The notes under the pieces: generated by a model
Seen by the model: only the letters and a program-made list of their open reading frames with translations
Told to the model about the DNA's origin: nothing
Databases searched by the model: none
In this document: in pieces, positions 1-9,999 of the stretch
Position numbering within the stretch: the stretch's first letter is position 1
How the letters are laid out: every line of letters begins with the position of its first letter
Program-made: the position numbers and the translations under genes
Assembly: GCA_023246985.1 (NCBI GenBank)
Contig: JAHFHJ010000001.1
Location: 18,514 to 45,022 of the forward strand
Length of the DNA stretch: 26,509 nucleotides
Source: Candidatus Omnitrophota bacterium
Lineage (GTDB): Bacteria; Omnitrophota; Omnitrophia; Omnitrophales; Aquincolibacteriaceae
Direction of reading: 5' to 3'

Positions 1-285
1 CATCATGACTATTCCATCCGCGAAACCGTGAAATGGGTCGCCTTGCCGGGTTACAGCGAACACGGGGATCCCGAACATTTGGCAATCGACTTCATTAACG
101 CGGATGGGATCAATGGCGAAAATAATGTTGTTGAATTCGAGGTGCTTGCGGAATACTCATGGCTTCTTCAGAATGCCGCCCGTTTCGGATTCGTGCTGTC
201 CTATCCTAAGGCCGCCGCCACGGGGATCACCTACGAGCCTTGGCATTGGCGCTACGACGGCATCCCAGCATCCAAGCAGCCTTAA
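1..285 (+). CDS. D-alanyl-D-alanine carboxypeptidase, M15B/VanY-like (5'-truncated by window edge)
   Basis: Frame 1 is open from base 1 (HHDYSIRETVKW...). Contains PGYSEH..AIDF and YEPWHWRY, hallmark motifs of M15B zinc peptidases. Confidence 0.85.
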   Translation, partial: HHDYSIRETVKWVALPGYSEHGDPEHLAIDFINADGINGENNVVEFEVLAEYSWLLQNAARFGFVLSYPKAAATGITYEPWHWRYDGIPASKQP

Positions 286-315
286 TCAAGAGACCCCGCG
301 TTAAAGTGTATCCAC

Positions 316-343
316 TTGACACATAGTCCATTTGTGGCATACT
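316..343 (+). promoter_or_regulatory. Candidate sigma70 promoter for the hisI-trp operon
   Basis: TTGACA at 316-321, 16-nt spacer, then TG-n-CATACT (extended -10, hexamer 338-343), about 70 nt upstream of hisI. Confidence 0.6.
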
Positions 344-411
344 CGACATCGTTTTGGTCAAGTCTCTCGGCTTTTTGTCATAACTCAAGTATTCAAGGGA
401 GAATAGGTTAA

Positions 412-792
412 ATGGAAAACCTTAAATACAATGCGCAAGGCTTGCTTCCCGCGATTATCCAGGACTCTGAATCCGGAGAGGTTCTGATGCTGGCTTATAT
501 GGACAAGAGAGCCGTCGAACGAACACTCAGGGAAAAACATACGGTTTTTTATTCGAGATCCCGCAATAAATATTGGGTCAAGGGCGAGGAATCAGGCCAC
601 ACGCAGGAGGTGGTTCAGGTCCTTACGGACTGCGATCAAGACACGCTCTTGATCCGCGTCACGCAGAAAAAAGGCGGGGCTTGCCACCTTGGCTACCGGA
701 CCTGTTTTGTCCATGAGATGAACGCCGAGGGAGATATCACCCGCGTCACTCAGAGAAAAGTATTCGACCCGGAAAAAATCTACAAGAAATGA
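412..792 (+). CDS. hisI: Phosphoribosyl-AMP cyclohydrolase
   Basis: GLLPAIIQD, VLMLAYM, YSRSR..WVKGEESGH, DCDQDTLL and GACHLGYRTCF motifs; GGGAG RBS-like sequence upstream. Confidence 0.95.
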   Translation: MENLKYNAQGLLPAIIQDSESGEVLMLAYMDKRAVERTLREKHTVFYSRSRNKYWVKGEESGHTQEVVQVLTDCDQDTLLIRVTQKKGGACHLGYRTCFVHEMNAEGDITRVTQRKVFDPEKIYKK

Positions 793-2294
793 TCACGCCC
801 GACCTCCCGACCTTCAAAAAACTTGCCCGCAAAGGGAACATCGTCGCCCTGTCCGAGACCTTTCCGGCAGATCTTGAAACGCCGGTCTCAAGCTTCCTAA
901 AAATTAGCCCCAAAGCGCGCTGCGCGTTTCTGTTGGAATCCGCGGAGCAGGAAGAAAAGATCGGTCGTTTTTCATTTCTCGGGATCGAACCCGCTGCGAT
1001 CTATGAATCGTCCGGAAAAAATGTTGCCGTGACGGCAAAAGGGAACAAGAAAACCCTGAAGAACACGCGTCTTCTCGATGTGCTCGAAACCGAACTCGCT
1101 ATGCGGTGTCTGGCCAATCCCGAATCGTTCCCGGGATTTCGCGGGGGATTCGTGGGTTATCTCTCCTATGAGAATGTCCAGGATTTCGAGACGATTCGGC
1201 TCTCAAAAAAAAGGGGGACGGGATTTCCGCTCGGCATTTTTTTCCGCGTCGAGGATTTCCTGGTGTTCGACCATTTCCGGAAAACACTTTCGGTTGTCGT
1301 TCTCGTCGACTTGAAAAAATCCCAAAATAGGGCGACTGCTTACCGAAATGCGCTTAAGCAAATGGACAAGTATAAAAACCTCCTCCGCCGTCCCCTGCGT
1401 TTGCCCACAACGAACCGGGACGACTCCAGGCTGCTGGAAAATTCCAGGGAAATTGCCCGGCAACAAAAAGATTACCAAAAAAAGGTCCGGCGAATTAAAG
1501 AATACATCCGCGCCGGCGATTGCATCCAGGTCGTCTTGTCACGGCGTATTAAAGCGGCCTATCACGGGAATGATTTCCAGATCTACCGTTCACTTCGCTC
1601 CAGTAACCCGTCCCCTTATATGTTTTATTTCCGGAGCGGTTCCTTCCGGCTGATCGGATCTTCTCCGGAAATGCTTGTCAAAAAAACAAGACGCCTTGCC
1701 GAAGTGCGACCCATTGCCGGGACGCGACCGCGCGGCGTCACGGAGCAGCAAGACTTGCGATACGAAAAACAGCTCCGCTCCTCCGTCAAGGAGATGGCCG
1801 AGCACTTGATGCTCGTTGATCTCGGCCGGAACGATCTCGGTCGTGTCTCGGATTTCAGGTCGGTCAAGGTCGAACGCTTCGCCTTCGTCGAGCGTTATTC
1901 GCACGTCATGCATCTGGTGAGCCGGGTTCACAGCAAACTCAAGGCGGGAAGATCCGCCATCGATCTTCTGCGCGCGACCTTTCCGGCCGGAACGCTTTCC
2001 GGAGCCCCCAAAGTCCGCGCCATGGAGATCATCGAGGAGCTTGAGCCCGAGGCGCGCGGTCCCTACGGCGGATGTCTCGGTTATTTCGGTTTTGACGGAG
2101 ATATGGATATGTGCATTACGATCCGGACGATCATGTTGAATAAAAATAAAATGTTTTTTCAGGCGGGCGCGGGCATCGTCAAGGATTCGGATCCCCGCCG
2201 TGAATATGCGGAAACCGTCAGCAAGCTTTCGGCCCTTATCAGTATCACCGTCGAAAGGAAAGGCTTTTTCCATCATGCTTCTGGTCATCGATAA
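789..2294 (+). CDS. trpE: Anthranilate synthase component I
   Basis: [59 protein letters not shown] motifs; trp gene context; ATGA overlap with hisI. Confidence 0.92.
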   Translation: MITPDLPTFKKLARKGNIVALSETFPADLETPVSSFLKISPKARCAFLLESAEQEEKIGRFSFLGIEPAAIYESSGKNVAVTAKGNKKTLKNTRLLDVLETELAMRCLANPESFPGFRGGFVGYLSYENVQDFETIRLSKKRGTGFPLGIFFRVEDFLVFDHFRKTLSVVVLVDLKKSQNRATAYRNALKQMDKYKNLLRRPLRLPTTNRDDSRLLENSREIARQQKDYQKKVRRIKEYIRAGDCIQVVLSRRIKAAYHGNDFQIYRSLRSSNPSPYMFYFRSGSFRLIGSSPEMLVKKTRRLAEVRPIAGTRPRGVTEQQDLRYEKQLRSSVKEMAEHLMLVDLGRNDLGRVSDFRSVKVERFAFVERYSHVMHLVSRVHSKLKAGRSAIDLLRATFPAGTLSGAPKVRAMEIIEELEPEARGPYGGCLGYFGFDGDMDMCITIRTIMLNKNKMFFQAGAGIVKDSDPRREYAETVSKLSALISITVERKGFFHHASGHR

Positions 2295-2844
2295 CTACGA
2301 TTCCTTTACTTATAACCTTGTGCAATACCTCGGCGAGCTCGGCGCGGATCCGCGCGTCTGGCGCAATGATGAGATCACGATTGCGACGATCAAGCGTCTC
2401 CGGCCCAAACGCATCGTCATTTCTCCGGGACCGCGCACGCCCAAGGAAGCCGGTATTTCCTGCGATGTGATCCAAACCTTCAGCGGAAAGATCCCGATCC
2501 TCGGCGTTTGTCTCGGCCATCAGTCGATCGGTCATGTCTTCGGCGGGAAGGTCATCCGTGCCGCCAATATCATGCACGGTAAAACCTCGAGGATTTATCA
2601 CGACGCGGACCCGATCTTTAAAAACATTCCGAATCCGTTCGTCGCCACGCGCTATCATTCGCTCTTGGTTGAAAAAAAATCCTTGCCGAAGGTGCTCAAA
2701 ATCACGGCCTGGACTCTTTCCCGGGAAATCATGGGCCTCAAACATAAACTCCATCCCACCTGGGGCGTCCAGTTCCACCCGGAATCCATCATGACCGTCT
2801 CCGGCATGCAGCTTCTTAAAAATTTCCTGGATCTTTCCAAGTGA
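2275..2844 (+). CDS. trpG: Anthranilate synthase component II (glutamine amidotransferase)
   Basis: [18 protein letters not shown] start, [28 protein letters not shown]. Start moved from the ORF-track 2200 to ATG 2275, which follows a GAAAGGAAAGG purine tract. Confidence 0.93.
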   Translation: MLLVIDNYDSFTYNLVQYLGELGADPRVWRNDEITIATIKRLRPKRIVISPGPRTPKEAGISCDVIQTFSGKIPILGVCLGHQSIGHVFGGKVIRAANIMHGKTSRIYHDADPIFKNIPNPFVATRYHSLLVEKKSLPKVLKITAWTLSREIMGLKHKLHPTWGVQFHPESIMTVSGMQLLKNFLDLSK

Positions 2845-3884
2845 GCAGGATCCCCGGACACAAAGCGCAAAAAGGGTTCGACGAGGTGCTGACCCGGCTC
2901 GCCACGGGGCGATCCTTGTCTGTCGAGGACGCGCGCCGATCCTTCTTACTCCTTTTTAAAGGAGCGCTGTCTTTCGTAAAAGCAAAAAGTTTTCTGCTGC
3001 TGCTCGCCAAGAAAGGGGAGACCGCGGACGAACTCCTCGGCTGCCTCCGGGCGTTTCAGTCCCTTGAAAAGCCCGTCGGTCCCAAGATCCCCGGACTTAT
3101 GGATACCTGCGGCACCGGAGGCGACGGCAGGCATACGATCAATATTTCGACCCTGGTAGCCCTGGTGATCGCCGGTGCGGGCGGCAAGATCGCCAAACAC
3201 GGTAATCGCGCGATCTCGTCCCGTTCCGGAAGTTCGGATCTTATGGAATCCTTCGGCGTCAATCTTGAGGCCTCTACAAAAAAAATGATCGACGCGGTCC
3301 GGCGCCTGGGACTCGGCTATTTTCACGCGCCATTCCACCATCCGGTCTTCGCACGCATACAGTCCCTGCGCCGCGATCTGAGGCGGCGAACCCTCTTGAA
3401 CCTCCTAGGGCCCCTGGTGAACCCGATGCGTCTGGATCATCAGCTGGTGGGAGTTTCGCGCAAAGAACTTGTCCCGCTCTACGCCAAAGTTCTTTCAGAG
3501 CTGGGCCGGAAAACCGCTCTCGTATGCCATAGCGCCGATGGAATGGATGAGATCTCGACCTCGGTCGCGACCACGGCAGCGTGGGTCACCCCGAACAAAA
3601 TACGCATGGCCGTGATTCGGCCTGCGGCGTACGGCCTCCGGAGGGCATCGATCAAGGAACTTTCGATTGATTCGGTTCAAGAAGGCAGGCTCCGGGCCAG
3701 GAACATCCTGACGGGGAAAGAAAAAGGACCCGTGCGCGATACGATCATTCTGAATGCCGCTTTTGGACTTTTGCTGTGCGGTAAAGCCAAGACCGTCCGG
3801 CAGGGGATCACTCTCGCCCAAGCTTCCATCGATTCCGGCCTGGCCCTGGATATCCTCAATCGGCTCAAAACCCGGGCACGCTGA
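2841..3884 (+). CDS. trpD: Anthranilate phosphoribosyltransferase
   Basis: [45 protein letters not shown]; GTGA overlap with trpG. Confidence 0.95.
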   Translation: MSRIPGHKAQKGFDEVLTRLATGRSLSVEDARRSFLLLFKGALSFVKAKSFLLLLAKKGETADELLGCLRAFQSLEKPVGPKIPGLMDTCGTGGDGRHTINISTLVALVIAGAGGKIAKHGNRAISSRSGSSDLMESFGVNLEASTKKMIDAVRRLGLGYFHAPFHHPVFARIQSLRRDLRRRTLLNLLGPLVNPMRLDHQLVGVSRKELVPLYAKVLSELGRKTALVCHSADGMDEISTSVATTAAWVTPNKIRMAVIRPAAYGLRRASIKELSIDSVQEGRLRARNILTGKEKGPVRDTIILNAAFGLLLCGKAKTVRQGITLAQASIDSGLALDILNRLKTRAR

Positions 3885-3885
3885 C

Positions 3886-4698
3886 ATGATCCTGAACGAT
3901 ATGATCCTTCAAAAGCGCAAAGACCTCGAGGAACTCAAGCAGCGCATGCCGCTTCAGCGTCTCCAGCGCATCATCGAAAAAACTGAACGGACCAAGCCCC
4001 GTTCTTTCCGCAATGCCCTTCTATCCGCGAGGCATCTCAACATCATCGCCGAACTCAAGAAAGCTTCGCCTTCGGAGGGCGTGCTGCGCGAAAATTTTCA
4101 GCCTCTTCGGATCGCAAGCCTTTATGAATATGCCGGAGCATGCGCGATTTCGGTCCTCACGGAACCCCATTTCTTCAAAGGCCGCCCCAGCTATCTGAAA
4201 ACCGTCCGCCAGGTGACCCGCCTGCCGCTTCTCAGAAAAGATTTTCTCTTTGAACGTTATCAGCTTTATGAGACCGCGATCCTGGAGGCGGACGCGTTTC
4301 TCCTCATCGCCGCGATCTTGAGCGAGAAAGATTTGAAGGATTTGATCGCGCTTGGAAAAGAGCTCGGCATGGACGCTTTGGTCGAGATTCATTCGGACGC
4401 GGAACTCAAAAAAGCCATCGAGGCCGGCGCCTCGATCGTCGGGATCAATAACCGGGACCTGAAAACCCTGAAAGTCGATCCCGAGCGCGCCCAACATCTG
4501 ATCCCGCATATCCCGAAGGGGACTGTCATCGTGGTCGAAAGCGGCCTCAGCACCCATGAGGAGCTCCTGAGGTACAAAAGTCTTGGGGCGCACGCCTTCC
4601 TGATCGGCTCCGCGCTGATGAAATCCGGGGATATCGTCGCGACCCTTCATAAGCTTCTCGGCAAAAAGGAAGCGGCCGTCGCGGAGGAACCCACATGA
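3886..4698 (+). CDS. trpC: Indole-3-glycerol-phosphate synthase
   Basis: IIAELKKASPSEG, ISVLTEPHFFKG, LLRKDF, VGINNRDL, VVESG. Start set to ATG 3886, 1 nt after the trpD stop. Confidence 0.95.
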   Translation: MILNDMILQKRKDLEELKQRMPLQRLQRIIEKTERTKPRSFRNALLSARHLNIIAELKKASPSEGVLRENFQPLRIASLYEYAGACAISVLTEPHFFKGRPSYLKTVRQVTRLPLLRKDFLFERYQLYETAILEADAFLLIAAILSEKDLKDLIALGKELGMDALVEIHSDAELKKAIEAGASIVGINNRDLKTLKVDPERAQHLIPHIPKGTVIVVESGLSTHEELLRYKSLGAHAFLIGSALMKSGDIVATLHKLLGKKEAAVAEEPT

Positions 4699-5342
4699 CG
4701 CGCGTCAAGATCTGCGGCAACACGAATTATGAGAACGCCCGGCTCGCCGCGGACCTCGGCGCGGACTATCTGGGTTTTATCTTTGTCCCCTCCAGCAAAC
4801 GGGTGGTCACGGTCGAAAAAACGGAGGAGATTCTGGCAAAGCTTCCGGACTTTAAAAACATCGTCGGGATCTTTTGCAATCAGCCCAAAAAGGAAGTCGA
4901 GACGATCGCCGAGCGTCTCGGACTTAAATTCCTTCAATTTCACGGCGAGGAGACCGCGCTTTACTGCGATTCGTTCATGCAAAAGGGCTATGAGATCATC
5001 AAAACTTTTCATGTGAAGGACTCCATGAGCCTGAAACGGATCGGCGAGTACAATGTCAGCGCTTTCCTTTTTGATACTTATTCGCGTTCCGACAAAGGCG
5101 GCAGGGGTATCCCGTTCGACTGGAGCGTTATTGAAGATAAGCCTTATGTCCATGACAAGCTTTTCCTGGCCGGAGGTCTCAATCCGCTCAATGTGACGAA
5201 CGCCATTGAAAAGGTCCGGCCGTTTGCCGTCGATGTCGCAAGCGGCGTCGAATCAAGTCCCGGCGTCAAGGACCCTCAACTCCTTCAGACATTCCTCGAA
5301 AAAGCCAAAAAGACGGTACCCGGTTATGAGCGAAAAACTTGA
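4695..5342 (+). CDS. trpF: Phosphoribosylanthranilate isomerase
   Basis: TRVKICG, LGFIF, LQFHGEE, FLFDT, GG.G..FDW, LAGGLNP, VDVASGVESSPGVKD; ATGA overlap with trpC. Confidence 0.95.
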   Translation: MTRVKICGNTNYENARLAADLGADYLGFIFVPSSKRVVTVEKTEEILAKLPDFKNIVGIFCNQPKKEVETIAERLGLKFLQFHGEETALYCDSFMQKGYEIIKTFHVKDSMSLKRIGEYNVSAFLFDTYSRSDKGGRGIPFDWSVIEDKPYVHDKLFLAGGLNPLNVTNAIEKVRPFAVDVASGVESSPGVKDPQLLQTFLEKAKKTVPGYERKT

Positions 5343-6492
5343 ATTCATCAAAAAACTGAAACCCCGCCTTCTTCGAATCGAAAAGGATTCTCTCTACCTC
5401 AAGCTTTTGGACGCGGTCCAGGAAAATCTTTTGCTCGAGGAGGTCTTTCAGAACCTCGAAGAGGGGGTCGTGATCACGGACGCGAAAGGATATCCGGTTT
5501 TTATCAACCCCAGAGGGGGAGACTGGCTCGGGAGTATCCGCGTCGCCGCAAAGCAGCCGGTTTGGAACCAGATCCCGGATCCCTCGGCCGCCGCGCTTCT
5601 GAGGGAAAATTTTCTCTCCGGCAAAGCACGGTCGGTCTTTGATCTCAAGACGCTGGCCCCGCGGGAGATGCGGATGCGCGTTTCAATCCTGCCCCGCGAT
5701 CTGGGAGACCGAAAACGCTTTGTGATCTTGCTTTCAGACATCACGTCACGCACGGAGCAGGAATTCGAAGCGGCGATGCTTTCGCGCATGGAAAGCCTGG
5801 TTCGTCTGGCCGGCGGAATCGCCCACGAGATCGGCAATCCTCTGAACGCGATCGCGATCCACTTGGAACTTTTTAAGAAACGCCTCGCGGGGTTACCGGA
5901 GGCCAAACGCCGGGAGCTTGCGGATTCTTTGAGCGACATTCAGGATGAAACCCGGCGCCTTGACCGTATTCTCCGGAATTTTCTCAAAGCTACGCGACGG
6001 CCGCCGCTTCGTTTCCGTCTGGACGATCTGAACGAAGTGATCGCCGATGCCCTCTCTTTCCTGAAACCCCAGCTGGATGTTGGAAAGGTCCGCGTGAAAT
6101 TCTCGAAAGACAAAGGGCTTCCGGTATTTCTGATGGACCGGGAACGGCTCTACTACGCTTTTATGAATCTGATTAAAAACGCTCTCGAAGCGATGCCTTT
6201 CGGCGGAACGCTCAAGATCGTAGTCGCTCATAAACAGTCCTGCGCCATTGTGACGGTTACGGACACGGGCTGCGGCATCGACGAAAAAAATATCACCCGG
6301 ATTTTCGATATTTACTACACCACCAAACAGGAAGGCGCGGGGCTTGGACTGATGATGGTCTATGACGCCATCGCCGAGCACGGCGGCAAGATCGAAGTCG
6401 CGAGCAAATTGAACAAGGGGACTACGTTCAATGTTTTGTTGCCGATCCGCGAGCCCCAACTGCAACTGCCCGGCTACCCGGGAAGAGGTTAG
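5326..6492 (+). CDS. Cytoplasmic PAS-type sensor histidine kinase
   Basis: PAS-like LEEGVVITDAKG..FIN, H-box IAHEIGNPLNAI, N-box NLIKNALEA, G1 DTGCGI, G2 GAGLGL; no hydrophobic TM stretch seen. Start set to ATG 5326, overlapping trpF by 17 nt. Confidence 0.92.
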   Translation: MSEKLEFIKKLKPRLLRIEKDSLYLKLLDAVQENLLLEEVFQNLEEGVVITDAKGYPVFINPRGGDWLGSIRVAAKQPVWNQIPDPSAAALLRENFLSGKARSVFDLKTLAPREMRMRVSILPRDLGDRKRFVILLSDITSRTEQEFEAAMLSRMESLVRLAGGIAHEIGNPLNAIAIHLELFKKRLAGLPEAKRRELADSLSDIQDETRRLDRILRNFLKATRRPPLRFRLDDLNEVIADALSFLKPQLDVGKVRVKFSKDKGLPVFLMDRERLYYAFMNLIKNALEAMPFGGTLKIVVAHKQSCAIVTVTDTGCGIDEKNITRIFDIYYTTKQEGAGLGLMMVYDAIAEHGGKIEVASKLNKGTTFNVLLPIREPQLQLPGYPGRG

Positions 6493-6497
6493 ACGTT

Positions 6498-7862
6498 ATG
6501 TTCGAAAGCATCCTGCTCGTTGAAGATGAGGCGAGTTCCCGTAAGGGACTCGCCCAATTTCTCCAAGGCCTGGATTACGATGTCCTGACGGCCATAAACG
6601 GCAGGGAGGCCCTCGGACTTTTCAAAAAAGAAAGTCCTGACCTCGTGATCTCGGATGTCCGGATGCCGGAAATGGACGGGATCGCGCTTTTGGAATCGAT
6701 CAAAGCCGACGCGCCCTCCGCTAAAGTCATCCTGTTGACGGCCTACGGCTCCGTGGAAGACGCGGTCAAAGCCATGAAGAAGGGCGCTTTCTACTATCTG
6801 ACCAAGCCCGTCAATCTTGAAGAGCTTGAATTTCTTGTGAAAAAAGCCTTCAGCAGCCGCCAGTTGGAGGAAGAGAACAAAGAGTTGAAACAGGAACTTT
6901 TCAGGGAGCGCTACGATCAGGGCCAACTGATCGCGCAGTCTCCCCAAATGACGGAGCTGCTTAAAGCCGTCGACAAGATCGCCCCCTCGAACGCCTCGGT
7001 CCTGATCGAAGGAGAAAGCGGCACCGGCAAAGAACTTATCGCTCGACGCATTCACGAACTCAGCCCGAGAAATCAGCATCCTTTTATCGCCGTCCATTGT
7101 GCCGCATTGACTGAGACGCTTCTCTCAAGCGAACTCTTCGGACATGAAAGAGGCGCCTTCACGGGCGCCGCGGACCGGAAAAAGGGGCGCTTTGAGCGCG
7201 CCCATCAAGGCAGCCTTTTTCTGGATGAGATCGGAGAGATCACCAAAGACACGCAGGTCAAACTCCTTCGGGTGCTCCAGGAGGGAGAGTTTGAACGCGT
7301 CGGCGGGACCAAGACGATCAAGGTCGATGTTCGTCTCATCGCCGCAACGAATAAAACATTACTCGATGAAGTGCGGCAGCAAAAGTTCCGCGAAGACCTC
7401 TACTACCGCATCAATGTCATCTACCTGAAAGTCCCGCCGCTCCGGGAACGCAAAGAAGACATCCCGCCGCTCGCGGAGGCTTTTATCCGCCAATATGCCG
7501 CGCTGAACGCAAAGAAAATTCGCGGGATTGAAAAAGACGCGCTGGACGCGCTGGTGCGATACGACTGGCCGGGGAATATCCGCGAGTTCAAAAATATCGT
7601 TGAGCGTATGATCGTTCTGAGTTCCGCGGACATGCTGACGCTGGATCAGATACCCGAAGATATCAGGCAGGAACGCTCCGGGACCCTGCGAACGAACGGC
7701 AGCGCTTCACTCCGGGGCATCACGAAGATCACGGATGCTGAAAAAGAACTGATCCGCAGCGCGCTTCTCGAGACCAAGGGCAACAAATCCACCGCGGCGG
7801 AAAAGCTCGGCATTTCCCGCCGAACGCTTTACCGGAAACTGGAAGAGTATAAACTCGCTTGA
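6498..7862 (+). CDS. Sigma54-dependent response regulator (NtrC/AtoC family)
   Basis: Receiver domain (LLVEDE, SDVRMPEMDG), Walker A GESGTGKE, ELFGHERGAFTGA, FLDEIGE, FREDLYYR, WPGNIRE and a C-terminal Fis-type HTH (AAEKLGISRRTLYRKL). Confidence 0.95.
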   Translation: MFESILLVEDEASSRKGLAQFLQGLDYDVLTAINGREALGLFKKESPDLVISDVRMPEMDGIALLESIKADAPSAKVILLTAYGSVEDAVKAMKKGAFYYLTKPVNLEELEFLVKKAFSSRQLEEENKELKQELFRERYDQGQLIAQSPQMTELLKAVDKIAPSNASVLIEGESGTGKELIARRIHELSPRNQHPFIAVHCAALTETLLSSELFGHERGAFTGAADRKKGRFERAHQGSLFLDEIGEITKDTQVKLLRVLQEGEFERVGGTKTIKVDVRLIAATNKTLLDEVRQQKFREDLYYRINVIYLKVPPLRERKEDIPPLAEAFIRQYAALNAKKIRGIEKDALDALVRYDWPGNIREFKNIVERMIVLSSADMLTLDQIPEDIRQERSGTLRTNGSASLRGITKITDAEKELIRSALLETKGNKSTAAEKLGISRRTLYRKLEEYKLA

Positions 7863-7948
7863 TTCTTAATGCCGTTTTGTTACAACCCATCGCGCCATAA
7901 TGTCTCATACATATATCCTTGTTTTACAAGCAAAAATTTTGAACGCTA

Positions 7949-7961
7949 TAACTCATTGAAA
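7949..7961 (+). promoter_or_regulatory. Candidate IHF binding site
   Basis: TAACTCATTGAAA matches YAANNNNTTGATW with one mismatch, in an AT-rich tract between the candidate enhancer and the -24/-12 element. Confidence 0.4.
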
Positions 7962-7997
7962 TTGCTATGGTTATGATTTTTAATTTTTATATGTTTT

Positions 7998-8012
7998 TGG
8001 CATGTTAATTGA
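7998..8012 (+). promoter_or_regulatory. Candidate sigma54 -24/-12 promoter upstream of dnaK
   Basis: TGGCATG-TTAA-TTGA versus consensus TGGCACG-N4-TTGC. GG (7999) to G (8011) spacing is correct; the -12 dinucleotide is GA rather than GC. Confidence 0.5.
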
Positions 8013-8065
8013 GATAGAAGAAGTAGCATTGAAGTCATTAGCGAAAAGAGAGAGGAGAGTATTCC

Positions 8066-9991
8066 ATGGGAAAGATTTTAGGCATTGATTTAGGAACAAC
8101 CAATTCATGCATGTCGATCATCGAAGGGTCGGACCCCAAGGTGATCGAAAATAAGGAAGGGAACCGCACCACTCCTTCCGTCGTCGCATTCACCAAAACC
8201 GGCGAGCAGCTGGTGGGACAAACCGCGAAGCGCCAGTCCGTCACGAACCCGGAGAACACGATCTTCAGCGCCAAGCGTTTCATCGGCCGGCGTTTTGAGG
8301 AGGCGGGACATGAGGTTCAGATGGTTCCTTTCAAGGTGAAAGCCGGCAAGCACGGCGAGGCGGTCTTCAACATCCCGCAGGAAAAACGGGATTATACGCC
8401 GCCGGAGATCTCCGCCAAGGTCCTCCAGAAACTCAAAGCTGACGCGGAAACTTATCTCGGGGAAAAGATCACCCAGGCCGTGATCACGGTGCCTGCGTAT
8501 TTCAACGATTCCCAGCGCCAGGCCACCAAGGATGCCGGGCAGATCGCGGGGCTCGAAGTCCTGCGTATCATCAACGAACCGACCGCGGCCGCGTTGGCCT
8601 ACGGCCTCGACAAGAAAAAAGACGAAACCATCGCGGTTTACGACCTCGGCGGAGGGACCTTCGATATCTCGATCCTTGAGATCGGAGAAGGCGTTTTCGA
8701 AGTGAAAGCCACGAACGGCGATACGCATTTGGGCGGCGATGACTTCGACCAGAAGATCATTGATTGGCTGATCGCGGAATTCAAAAAAACCGAAGGCATC
8801 GACCTCAGCAAAGACCGCATGGCTATTCAACGTCTCAAAGAAGCCGCGGAAAAGGCCAAGTGCGAACTGTCCACGGCGCAAAGCACGGAGATCAATCTTC
8901 CGTTCATCACGGCGGACGCCTCCGGCCCGAAACATCTGCTTCTGACCCTTTCCCGGGCTAAACTCGAGCAACTCGTGAACGAGCTGATCGAACGCACCGT
9001 CGGCCCTTGCTTGCAGGCCATGAAGGATACCGGCGTGAAACCCGAAGACATCGATGAGGTGATCCTTGTGGGCGGCATGACCCGCATGCCGGCCGTCGTG
9101 CAGAAGGCGAAGGATCTTTTCAAAAAAGTCCCGCACCAGGGCGTCAACCCGGATGAGGTCGTGGCGGTCGGCGCCGCGATCCAGGGCGGAGTCTTGAAAG
9201 GAGACGTGAAAGACATTCTCCTTTTGGATGTGACCCCGCTTTCGCTCGGCATCGAGACCTTGGGCGGTATCATGACCAAATTGATCGAGCGTAACACCAC
9301 GATCCCGACCCGGAAATCCGAAATCTTTTCGACCGCCGCGGACAATCAAACCGCGGTGACCGTGAAAGCGCTTCAGGGAGAGCGGGAAATGGCCGCGCAT
9401 AACCGGGTGCTCGGGCTCTTCAATCTGGAGGGAATTCCGCCCGCGTCGCGCGGCGTACCGCAGATCGAGGTGAGCTTTGACATCGACGCGAACGGCATTG
9501 TTCACGTCTCAGCTAAGGATCTCGGAACGGGCAAGGAGCAGAAGATCCGCATCGAATCTTCTTCCGGGCTTTCCAAAGACGAGGTGGAGAAGCTTGTCAA
9601 GGAAGGGCAGGTTCACGCGGAAGAGGACAGAAAACAACACGAAGTCGTCACGGCGCGCAACCAGCTCGACAATCTCATCTATGGGACCGAAAAGACCCTG
9701 AAAGAACACGGCGATAAGGTCACGGAAGACGAGAAAAAGAAAGTCGAGGAGGCCTTGAAAGAAGCCAAGGCCTTGCTCACGAGCGAATCCAAGGAAGAGC
9801 TGGAAAAAGCCAGCCAGAAACTCGCGACCGCGTCGCATACGATCGCGCAGAAGATGTATGAAGAGGCCGCCAAAAAGGCCGGAAATAAGGCGGGGGCGGT
9901 CCCGGATTCCGGCGGCAAGAAGGACGACGGTGTCGTCGATGCCGACTACGAAGTCGTCGACGAGGAAGAAAAGAAAAAAAAGAAGGAATAA
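8066..9991 (+). CDS. dnaK: Molecular chaperone DnaK (Hsp70)
   Basis: [73 protein letters not shown] tail; GGAG RBS upstream. Confidence 0.99.
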   Translation: MGKILGIDLGTTNSCMSIIEGSDPKVIENKEGNRTTPSVVAFTKTGEQLVGQTAKRQSVTNPENTIFSAKRFIGRRFEEAGHEVQMVPFKVKAGKHGEAVFNIPQEKRDYTPPEISAKVLQKLKADAETYLGEKITQAVITVPAYFNDSQRQATKDAGQIAGLEVLRIINEPTAAALAYGLDKKKDETIAVYDLGGGTFDISILEIGEGVFEVKATNGDTHLGGDDFDQKIIDWLIAEFKKTEGIDLSKDRMAIQRLKEAAEKAKCELSTAQSTEINLPFITADASGPKHLLLTLSRAKLEQLVNELIERTVGPCLQAMKDTGVKPEDIDEVILVGGMTRMPAVVQKAKDLFKKVPHQGVNPDEVVAVGAAIQGGVLKGDVKDILLLDVTPLSLGIETLGGIMTKLIERNTTIPTRKSEIFSTAADNQTAVTVKALQGEREMAAHNRVLGLFNLEGIPPASRGVPQIEVSFDIDANGIVHVSAKDLGTGKEQKIRIESSSGLSKDEVEKLVKEGQVHAEEDRKQHEVVTARNQLDNLIYGTEKTLKEHGDKVTEDEKKKVEEALKEAKALLTSESKEELEKASQKLATASHTIAQKMYEEAAKKAGNKAGAVPDSGGKKDDGVVDADYEVVDEEEKKKKKE

Positions 9992-9999
9992 CAAATTCA

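Noticed and set aside
2200-5325. ORF-track starts at 2200, 3754 and 5206 (also 14024)
   Set aside because: These extend deep into upstream genes; family N-termini and coupling point to 2275, 3886, 5326 and 14165.
8020-8065. Possible CIRCE (TTAGC... at 8038) before dnaK
   Set aside because: Only TTAGC matches; the GAGTGCTAA half-site is absent at the required spacing.
8105-9505. 466-aa ORF antisense to dnaK
   Set aside because: Long antisense frames opposite dnaK are a familiar by-product of codon bias; no independent motif or RBS.
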